DNA from: an uncultured Zetaproteobacteria bacterium
GTDB taxonomy: Bacteria > Pseudomonadota > Zetaproteobacteria > Mariprofundales > Mariprofundaceae
Length of the DNA stretch: 64,000 nt
NCBI GenBank assembly: GCA_964503475.1
Contig: CAZCZU010000006.1
Coordinates: 18,610-82,609 of the forward strand
Direction of reading: 5' to 3'
How positions within the stretch are numbered: position 1 is the stretch's first letter; each line of letters begins with the position of its first letter. The translations under genes were made by a program, and so were the position numbers. The notes beneath the pieces are model-generated. The model saw only the letters and a program-made list of their open reading frames with translations, had not been told where the DNA came from and searched no databases. Below are positions 53,110 to 60,008 of this stretch, in pieces.

Positions 53110-54267
53110 ATGGAAAGGGTCGAGGCGATCAATCCCGATCGCTTGAAATGGTGTAGTGAGCAATACGGTATCGCGCTGGATGATCTGGCGCGGCAACTTC
53201 GTATCGCGCCTGAAACCATGGAAAAGGCCGTGAACGGCGAACCTGCCCTCACCTTCAACCAGCTCGAAAAAATCGCCAAATGCTTTAATCGCGGCATTCT
53301 GTTCTTTCTGGAAGAGGCACCCGTGAGCGAAGAGCAAGTCTTCTCTCCCCAGTTCCGTACGCTCTCCAGCCAGAAGACCGAGCTGACGCCCAATCTGAAA
53401 AACATCATTCAGCGCTTCGAAAAGCAGCGCGAAGGCTATATCGGACTGCTGGAGGATCTGGACGAACCAATCGACCGCCCCTGGCTGCCCGAAGGCATGC
53501 CCGACACAGGCAGAGGCAACATCAAGGAGACGGCCGCCTTTATTCGCTCCTGGCTCGGCATCGGGTCTCGTACCTCTTTCGAAGAGCTGCGCAGCGCCGT
53601 GGAGAGCAAAGGCATCCTAGTGTTCGTCTCCAATGGCTATCAGGGGCAGTGGAAGATCGCCAAGGAAAACCCGGTGCGCGGCTTCTCCATGTATTACGAC
53701 CACTATCCGGTGATCGTGATCAAAAAGCTGGATGCCAGGGCGGCCCAGACCTTCACGATGATTCACGAGCTCGGCCATCTGCTGCTGCACCGGGAAACCA
53801 TGCTCGATGAAGCAGACGATTTTTACAGCCATCAGGGGAAAGAGCGCGAGGCGAATGCCTTTGCCGGAAACCTGCTTGTCCCCGATGCATTTGTTCACAC
53901 CATCAACATGCGGGACTTTCCGTACGATACCGTCAGCGGCTATGACAATTACCTCAAAAGCCATGCAAGGCAGTGGGGTGTCAGTGTCGAGGTGGTTCTG
54001 CGGCGGTTGATGGATGAGGGGAGACTGGCTTCCGAGCATTACGAAGCCTATCGACAATGGAGGGCCGAACAGCCGGCGCAGGAAGCGGGTGGCGCTATGC
54101 GCTATCGCTACCAGGAACCGACCAATATGTTTGGTGACACATTCGTGCGCACCGTGCTCGACGCATACCACAGCGATCACATCACGCTCGCCAGAGCCAG
54201 CTCCTACCTCGACAACCTGAAGGTGGATTATATCCACGAGCTGGAAGCGAGATATGCACGCCTTTGA
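53110..54267 (+). CDS. HTH domain fused to an ImmA/IrrE (COG2856, peptidase M78 / DUF955) metalloprotease
   Basis: 385 aa. The N-terminus (LKWCSEQYGIALDDLARQLRIAPETMEKAVNGEPALTFNQLEKIAKCF) is Xre-like. HEXXH occurs as MIHELGHLLLH (53764-53778), with a downstream EREANAFAGNLLVP typical of ImmA/IrrE. Confidence 0.8.
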   Translation: MERVEAINPDRLKWCSEQYGIALDDLARQLRIAPETMEKAVNGEPALTFNQLEKIAKCFNRGILFFLEEAPVSEEQVFSPQFRTLSSQKTELTPNLKNIIQRFEKQREGYIGLLEDLDEPIDRPWLPEGMPDTGRGNIKETAAFIRSWLGIGSRTSFEELRSAVESKGILVFVSNGYQGQWKIAKENPVRGFSMYYDHYPVIVIKKLDARAAQTFTMIHELGHLLLHRETMLDEADDFYSHQGKEREANAFAGNLLVPDAFVHTINMRDFPYDTVSGYDNYLKSHARQWGVSVEVVLRRLMDEGRLASEHYEAYRQWRAEQPAQEAGGAMRYRYQEPTNMFGDTFVRTVLDAYHSDHITLARASSYLDNLKVDYIHELEARYARL

Positions 54268-54736
54268 TGCCTCATCGCTGATTCACGCTTGGGATAATTA
54301 TCCGATCGACAAATTCCCGCCGCTCTGGGAGTGGATGGCCGGGCAAATTCAGAGTGGAGACTTTGTCGTTTCAGAGGTCGCGTTGAAAGAGATCGGCAAC
54401 AAGGCACCCGAATGTGCTACCTGGCTCAAAGAGCAGGAAATCCAGAGGCTTCCTATGTCCAACGCGATTGCGCAGGAGGCCTTACGCATCAAAAGGCTGC
54501 TCGGCATCGAAGACGACCGGTATCATCCCAAGGGTGTGGGAGAAAACGATATCCTGATCATCGCCACCGCCAAAGTGCATGACCATACGCTTGTCACGGA
54601 GGAGGGATTTCAGGCTGTATTCCCCGCCGTGCCCGCCAAGAGTCGAATCCCGACCGTTTGCAACATGGGGGAGGTCCGTGTGGAGTGGTGCAAATTTATC
54701 GATCTTATCAAGGCAAGCGATGCCGTATTTTCCTGA
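54254..54736 (+). CDS. DUF4411-family protein (predicted PIN-like nuclease fold)
   Basis: 160 aa. The N-terminus FDASSLIHAWDNYPIDKFPPLWEWM and ENDILIIATAKVHDHTLVTEE match my recollection of DUF4411/PIN-like acidic motifs. 14-nt overlap with the preceding ImmA gene. Confidence 0.65.
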   Translation: MHAFDASSLIHAWDNYPIDKFPPLWEWMAGQIQSGDFVVSEVALKEIGNKAPECATWLKEQEIQRLPMSNAIAQEALRIKRLLGIEDDRYHPKGVGENDILIIATAKVHDHTLVTEEGFQAVFPAVPAKSRIPTVCNMGEVRVEWCKFIDLIKASDAVFS

Positions 54737-54790
54737 CCGATTTTTGATGGATACCACCCTCAACATGACCAAAGGCCTGCGAACGGTCGT

Positions 54791-54826
54791 TTTGTGTAAG
54801 GTGAAATCGAAAATACTTTACACAAA
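54791..54826 (+). promoter_or_regulatory. 9-bp inverted repeat upstream of hsdR (candidate operator or RNA hairpin)
   Basis: TTTGTGTAA (54791-54799) and TTACACAAA (54818-54826) are separated by 18 nt, 60 nt upstream of the hsdR ATG. Confidence 0.3.
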
Positions 54827-54886
54827 CGCCCTTGTGACTGGCGTACTTGATACAAACGTACAGATCGTTTCGGACTGCTCTGCCTC

Positions 54887-57247
54887 ATGTTGAACGAAGC
54901 CGAGACCCGAGCCGAACTGATCGACCCTGCCCTGCGCGAGGCGGGCTGGGGTGTGGTCGACGCAAGCCGTGTGCGCCGGGAATACATCACGCCGGGCCGC
55001 TTACAGGGAGCAGGAAGGCGCGCCAAGCCGGAGATTGCCGATTACGTATTGGTCTATCGCAATCGTAAGCTGGCGGTGATCGAGGCGAAGAAGCAGGCGC
55101 TGCCCTATACCGAGGGCGTACAGCAGGCCAAGACCTACGCCGACAAGCTGAATATCCGTTTTACCTACTCCACCAATGGCGAACGCATCTACGGCATCGA
55201 CATGGATACGGGGGAAGAGGGTGAAATCGAGCGCTACCCTTCACCGGAAGAGCTGTGGCGCATGACCTTCCCCGAAGAGAGCTCATGGCGCGATCGCTTT
55301 GCCGATGTGCCATTCGAGGACAAGGGTGGCACCTGGGAGGCGCGCTACTATCAGGAGAACGCCATCAATGCCGTGCTCAAGGCGGTCGCCGATGAGAAAG
55401 AGCGCATCCTGCTCACACTGGCGACAGGCACCGGCAAAACCTTCATCGCCTTCCAGCTGGCATGGAAACTGTTCCAGAGCCGCTGGAACCTGAGCAGGGA
55501 ACCATCGCGCCGCCCGCGCATTCTCTTTCTGGCCGACCGCAACATTCTCGCCGATCAGGCCTACAACGCCTTCTCGGCCTTTCCCGAGGATGCACTGGTT
55601 CGCATCGCGCCGGACGATATCCGCAAGAAGGGGCGCGTTCCCAAGAACGGCAGCATCTTCTTCACCATCTTCCAGACCTTCATGAGCGGCACGGATGAGC
55701 AGGGTGAACCGAGCCCCTACTTCGGCGAATATCCTCCCGACTTCTTCGATTTCATTGTCATCGACGAATGCCATCGCGGCGGGGCCAACGACGAATCCAC
55801 CTGGCGCGGCATTCTCGAATACTTCTCTCCTGCCGTACAACTCGGCCTGACCACCACACCGAAACGCAAGGACAACACCGACACCTACGCCTATTTCGGC
55901 GAGCCGGTTTATGTCTATTCGCTGAAAGAAGGCATCAACGACGGCTTCCTGACCCCGTTCCGGGTACGCCAGATCGCCACCACGCTGGATGAGTATACCT
56001 ACACCTCGGACGACACTTTGGTGGAGGGCGAGCTTGAGACCGGAAAGGTATACGAAGAGAAAGATTTCAACCGCACCATCGAGATCGAGGAGCGGGAGCT
56101 GTACCGCGTGCAGACCTTCATGCAGATGATCGATCAGCGCGAGAAGACGCTGGTGTTCTGCGCCAATCAGGGCCATGCAGCTCTGGTGCGCGATCTGATC
56201 AACCAGGCAAAGAGCCATAGCGATCCGAACTACTGTGTACGCGTGACCGCCAATGATGGTGAGCGAGGGGAAGAATATCTGCGTTTGTTCCAGGATAACG
56301 ACAAATCGATCCCGACCATCCTCACCACCTCGCAAAAACTCTCCACGGGCGTGGATGCACGCAATGTGCGCAATATCGTGCTGATGCGGCCGGTCAATTC
56401 GATGATCGAGTTCAAACAGATTATCGGGCGCGGCACTCGCCTGTTTGACGGCAAGGATTACTTCACCATTTTCGATTTTGTAAAAGCCCACAAACATTTC
56501 AGCGACCCGGACTGGGATGGTGAGCCTGATGATCCGGAGAACTGTCCTAAGTGCGGATGCAGGCCATGCCAGTGTGAAAAGCCGGAACCGAAACCATGCA
56601 AAATATGTGGAGCACAGCCTTGCATCTGTGTAAAGGAACCGCCAAGGAAGAAGGCGCGGGTGAAGTTGCGCGATGGTAAAGAGCGCTCCATCCAGCATAT
56701 CTCGATCACCACCTTCTGGGGGGCGGATGGCAAACCGCTCTCGGCATCGGAATTCCTTGAACTGCTGTTCGGGCAACTGCCGGAGTTTTTCAGGGATGAG
56801 GACGAACTGCGTGCGATCTGGTCGATGCCGGATACGCGCCACAAGTTGCTCGACGGGCTGGCCGAGAAAGGCTTCGGCAGAGAGCAGCTGCTGGAGATGC
56901 GCAAGGTGATCGATGCTGAGGACAGCGACCTGTTCGATGTGTTAGCGCATGTCGCCTACGCGCTACAGCCGCTGGCGAGGGTTGAACGAGCCGCCAACGC
57001 CAAGGAGAAAATCCACTCATCATTCGATGAAAAGCAGCAGGCATTTCTTGAGTTTGTGCTGAACCAGTATGTTTCCCTTGGCGTGGATGAGTTGGACCAG
57101 GAGAAGCTCGGAACGCTTCTGGAACTCAGATATCACTCGCTGGCTGATGCCATTGAGGAGCTCGGAAGGCCCGAAGAAATCAGGTCGATGTTTATCGGAT
57201 TCCAGAAATTCCTGTATGCCGAAGCATCTTCTTTGAACTCAAACTAG
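54887..57247 (+). CDS. hsdR: Type I restriction enzyme R subunit HsdR, type IB (EcoEI/EcoAI-like) architecture
   Basis: 786 aa. N-terminal PD-(D/E)xK nuclease (ADYVLV...VIEAKK), SF2 helicase motifs (LATGTGKT, VIDECHRG) and an EcoEI_R_C-like C-terminal domain (FWGADGKPLSASEFLELLFGQLPEFF...DLFDVLAHVAY). Confidence 0.9.
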   Translation: MLNEAETRAELIDPALREAGWGVVDASRVRREYITPGRLQGAGRRAKPEIADYVLVYRNRKLAVIEAKKQALPYTEGVQQAKTYADKLNIRFTYSTNGERIYGIDMDTGEEGEIERYPSPEELWRMTFPEESSWRDRFADVPFEDKGGTWEARYYQENAINAVLKAVADEKERILLTLATGTGKTFIAFQLAWKLFQSRWNLSREPSRRPRILFLADRNILADQAYNAFSAFPEDALVRIAPDDIRKKGRVPKNGSIFFTIFQTFMSGTDEQGEPSPYFGEYPPDFFDFIVIDECHRGGANDESTWRGILEYFSPAVQLGLTTTPKRKDNTDTYAYFGEPVYVYSLKEGINDGFLTPFRVRQIATTLDEYTYTSDDTLVEGELETGKVYEEKDFNRTIEIEERELYRVQTFMQMIDQREKTLVFCANQGHAALVRDLINQAKSHSDPNYCVRVTANDGERGEEYLRLFQDNDKSIPTILTTSQKLSTGVDARNVRNIVLMRPVNSMIEFKQIIGRGTRLFDGKDYFTIFDFVKAHKHFSDPDWDGEPDDPENCPKCGCRPCQCEKPEPKPCKICGAQPCICVKEPPRKKARVKLRDGKERSIQHISITTFWGADGKPLSASEFLELLFGQLPEFFRDEDELRAIWSMPDTRHKLLDGLAEKGFGREQLLEMRKVIDAEDSDLFDVLAHVAYALQPLARVERAANAKEKIHSSFDEKQQAFLEFVLNQYVSLGVDELDQEKLGTLLELRYHSLADAIEELGRPEEIRSMFIGFQKFLYAEASSLNSN

Positions 57248-57492
57248 CTAGGTACTGAAAAGGTCTCCTTCATCCAAGTGTAGAGCTGGACTGTGGTGAG
57301 CTCTTCGAGCGGGATATCCTCGAACGCATCGTGCGGATCCTGATCTCTTAAGCAGAACTGGTAGGTGACCACCTCGGGGGCATGATCGTGCATGATCAGC
57401 ATGGTGTAAGTCCCGGGGACATCATACTTAATTGGCCGCCAGCTTTGCATGGGGTATATCCCGGTATATACTTTCATCATGTTTGTCTGCAA
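57244..57492 (-). CDS. Hypothetical 82-aa protein; the C-terminal ~50 aa are paralogous to the ORF at 60009..60341 (copy A, chimeric N-terminus)
   Basis: LIMHDHAPEVVTYQFCLRDQDPHDAFEDIPLEELTTVQLYTWMKETF compared with LIMHDQAPEVVTYQFCLRDQDPFDEFEDMPLDELTTARLYTWMKETF. Its stop overlaps the hsdR stop through the CTAG palindrome at 57244-57247. It may be a pseudogene remnant. Confidence 0.4.
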   Translation of the reverse strand: MQTNMMKVYTGIYPMQSWRPIKYDVPGTYTMLIMHDHAPEVVTYQFCLRDQDPHDAFEDIPLEELTTVQLYTWMKETFSVPS

Positions 57493-57940
57493 GGTGATCG
57501 ATGCACTGGACCGGAATGATGTGCCCTACACCCTGGTCGGCGGCTATGCGCTGGTGCTGCATGGCGTGGTTCGCGGTACGGTCGACATCGATATCGCCAT
57601 CTCCCTTAATGCCGAGGTATTCAAGCGCTGTGAATCGGCGCTGCAATCGATCGGTCTTGCCCCCCGCCTGCCGGTGACCGCCGAAGAGCTGTTTCACTTC
57701 AGGGAGGAGTACATCGCCAGACGCAATCTGAAGGCGTGGTCGTTTCACAATCCCGCCAATCCGCTGGAGGTGGTCGACATCCTGATCACCGAAGATGCCG
57801 AAGCGATTGAAAGCGTCGATAAGCAGGCCTTCGGCAGGCATATCCATGTGGCGGCCGTGCCTGAACTGATCGCCATGAAACAGAAAGCGGGCCGGCCGCA
57901 GGACATCGAAGATATCAAGGCGCTGGAGCGACTGCTGTGA
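57479..57940 (+). CDS. Minimal Pol-beta-fold nucleotidyltransferase family protein
   Basis: Start taken at ATG 57479 (MFVCKVIDALDRNDVPYTLVGGYALVLHGVVRGTVDIDIAI, a GG..(n)..DxD NTase motif). The C-terminal LIAMKQKAGRPQDIEDIKAL motif is common in small NTase TA components. Confidence 0.65.
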   Translation: MFVCKVIDALDRNDVPYTLVGGYALVLHGVVRGTVDIDIAISLNAEVFKRCESALQSIGLAPRLPVTAEELFHFREEYIARRNLKAWSFHNPANPLEVVDILITEDAEAIESVDKQAFGRHIHVAAVPELIAMKQKAGRPQDIEDIKALERLL

Positions 57941-58191
57941 GGCCGGTGCAATACTTTTCCGACGCATACCTTGAGCAGTGCAGGCATGTAACGCCTGAGC
58001 AGGCGCTCACCTTTCTGGAAGAGTTTCGCCTGCTGCAGCAGCCCGGCAAAGCAGCCCCATCCAAGCTGATCAGCCTGAAGGTGCCCGAACCGCTGCTGGC
58101 CGCCTTCCGCCAACGCTGCGACAACGAAGGAATCAAATACCAGACCCAAATCAAACAGCTGATGCAGGAGTGGCTGATCACGCCCCTCTGA
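57937..58191 (+). CDS. Small ribbon-helix-helix / BrnA-like (CopG-type) protein
   Basis: 84 aa. GTG start overlaps the NTase stop (GTGA). The C-terminal KLISLKVPEPLLAAFRQRCDNEGIKYQTQIKQLMQEWL resembles the BrnA/CopG-like antitoxin pattern (I.L..P..LL..FK......G..YQT.I). Confidence 0.5.
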   Translation: MRPVQYFSDAYLEQCRHVTPEQALTFLEEFRLLQQPGKAAPSKLISLKVPEPLLAAFRQRCDNEGIKYQTQIKQLMQEWLITPL

Positions 58192-58208
58192 ATGCCTGGC
58201 ACGCCACC

Positions 58209-58404
58209 TTAATCGGCAGCTGAGAAGCGCTCCTTCATCCAGGTGTAGAGCCGGGCGGTGGTGAGCTCATCCAGCGGCATATCCTCGAATTCGTCGAAGG
58301 GATCCTGATCTCTGAGGCAGAACTGGTAGGTGACCACCTCGGGGGCCTGATCGTGCATGATCAACAGGATGCGCTTGCCCGTTTTCAGGCAGTCGATGGT
58401 GATG
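58209..58404 (-). pseudogene. 3' fragment (copy B) of the small ORF found intact at 60009..60341
   Basis: 58231-58404 is identical by eye to 60030-60203 (174 nt), and homology ends abruptly at 58404. Reading upstream in frame reaches a TAA with no start codon, so the fragment is non-coding. Confidence 0.85.
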
Positions 58405-58460
58405 ATCGGTGAATTTCGCCGAAATATGGCAGCTTGTTAAACCGACAGGGGCTCCGGGGC

Positions 58461-58489
58461 TTGAATAAACGTCTCACCTGTTCCAATAT
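58461..58489 (+). promoter_or_regulatory. Sigma-70-like promoter candidate for abiEi
   Basis: TTGAAT (58461-58466), a 17-nt spacer, then CAATAT (58484-58489). It lies 30 nt upstream of the abiEi ATG. Confidence 0.4.
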
Positions 58490-58518
58490 GTAGGTACTTA
58501 TGCATAAAGGCCGACGTT

Positions 58519-59139
58519 ATGGAACATGGTGGCGATACAAAAAGCGCAACTGAACAGATCTTTGCCCTGCTGAAAAAAGAGGGTGTGCTGCGCCCTCGCG
58601 ATCTTGAGAAGCATCAGATTCCACGCCAATACCTGAGTCTCCTGTACCGGCGCGGTCTGCTGGAGCGCACGGCACGTGGTCTCTATATCGCGGCCCATGC
58701 TGAACTATCCGAAAAGCAAACGATTGCCGAAGTGAGCAAGCGCATTCCCAAGGGGCGCATCTGCCTGCTCTCTGCACTCGTGGTGCATGAAATCACTACC
58801 CAATCACCGTTTGAGGTGTGGATAGCCATTGATAAGAAGGCGCGTCTGCCGCAGGTGAAGGACCTGCCGGTCAGGATTGTGCGCTTCTCCGGGGTGGCGC
58901 TTGATGAGGGCTTTGATTACCGGAACATCGATGGGGTGAAGGTGCCTGTTTATAACGCAGCCAAGACCGTGGCCGACTGCTTCAAATACCGGAACAAGAT
59001 TGGTCTGGATGTGGCTATCGAAGCACTGAAAGATGGATGGCGTGAGAAGAAGTTCACCATGAGCGAACTATCGAAATATGCTGAGGTCTGCCGGGTAAAG
59101 AAGGTGATGCAGCCCTATCTGGAGTCGCTGGCGCTATGA
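58519..59139 (+). CDS. abiEi: AbiEi-family type IV toxin-antitoxin antitoxin / transcriptional regulator
   Basis: 206 aa with an N-terminal wHTH (IFALLKKEGVLRPRDLEKHQIPRQYLSLLYRRGLLERTARGLY) and an AbiEi C-terminal domain. 4-nt overlap with abiEii. Confidence 0.85.
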   Translation: MEHGGDTKSATEQIFALLKKEGVLRPRDLEKHQIPRQYLSLLYRRGLLERTARGLYIAAHAELSEKQTIAEVSKRIPKGRICLLSALVVHEITTQSPFEVWIAIDKKARLPQVKDLPVRIVRFSGVALDEGFDYRNIDGVKVPVYNAAKTVADCFKYRNKIGLDVAIEALKDGWREKKFTMSELSKYAEVCRVKKVMQPYLESLAL

Positions 59140-60005
59140 GTCAGCAATCAAATATCACTGCATCCATCCGCGCCAGGTTGCTCAACCGGTCACGACAAGA
59201 GAGAACAGATTTTCAGCGAATGCTTACCAGTTACGGGCTGGAGCGATTGCTCTATCGCCTTTCGGTTTCTGCATACCGGGATGAGTTTGTGCTCAAGGGA
59301 GCGATGCTCTTCTCCTGCTGGAGTGGCGATCTCTATCGCGCCACCAGGGATGTCGATTTTCTCAAGATGGGTGAGGCGTCCATGGCCTATCTTGGGCAGG
59401 TGTTTGCTGATCTGTGTGAGCAGGCCGTCGAGCCTGATGATGGATTAGTGTTCGACAAGGCATCGATCAAGGTGGCCGAGATCAGGGAAGAGGACTCCTA
59501 CGGCGGTATCCGGGTGACGATGAAGGCCACGCTGGGGAATGCGCGAATGCCGATTCAGGCGGATATCAGCATCGGCGATGCCATCACTCCGGCAGCAGGG
59601 GAGATCGAGTTCCCTACCCTGCTTGAAATGCCGGCACCGAAACTGCGCGCCTACCCGGTGGAAACCGTGATTGCCGAGAAATTTGAGGCCATGGTCTCTC
59701 TGGATATGGCCAATAGCCGGATGAAAGACTTTTACGATATTTGGGCCATCCGGAAGTTTATGCAGCCTGATCCGAAACTGCTGGCCGAAGCAGTTGCCAA
59801 TACATTCAGGAGAAGAGGAACAGAGCTTCCCTCTGATGTTCCCACGGCTTTGACGGATGCTTTTTCCAAAGATGAAAGCAAACAGAAACAGTGGGAGGCT
59901 TTTGTGAAGCGCGCAGGAGTCAGCCATAGTGCAACTTCGACACTGCATGAAACGGTTGAAGCGATCAGGCCATTCTTGATGGATGCGGCAGTTCCGGGGA
60001 CATAA
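59136..60005 (+). CDS. abiEii: AbiEii/AbiGii-family nucleotidyltransferase toxin (DUF1814)
   Basis: 289 aa. N-terminus SIRARLLNRSRQERTDFQRMLTSYGLERLLYRL, then FVLKGAMLF...TRDVDFL (NTase motif) and DFYDIW. Confidence 0.88.
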   Translation: MSQQSNITASIRARLLNRSRQERTDFQRMLTSYGLERLLYRLSVSAYRDEFVLKGAMLFSCWSGDLYRATRDVDFLKMGEASMAYLGQVFADLCEQAVEPDDGLVFDKASIKVAEIREEDSYGGIRVTMKATLGNARMPIQADISIGDAITPAAGEIEFPTLLEMPAPKLRAYPVETVIAEKFEAMVSLDMANSRMKDFYDIWAIRKFMQPDPKLLAEAVANTFRRRGTELPSDVPTALTDAFSKDESKQKQWEAFVKRAGVSHSATSTLHETVEAIRPFLMDAAVPGT

Positions 60006-60008
60006 TAC

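Noticed and set aside
57428-58149. Antisense ORFs 57428..57967 (179 aa) and 57745..58149 (134 aa) opposite the NTase/RHH pair.
   Set aside because: They have no recognisable motifs and lie opposite ORFs with NTase and RHH signatures and operon-like overlap. They are probably shadow ORFs.
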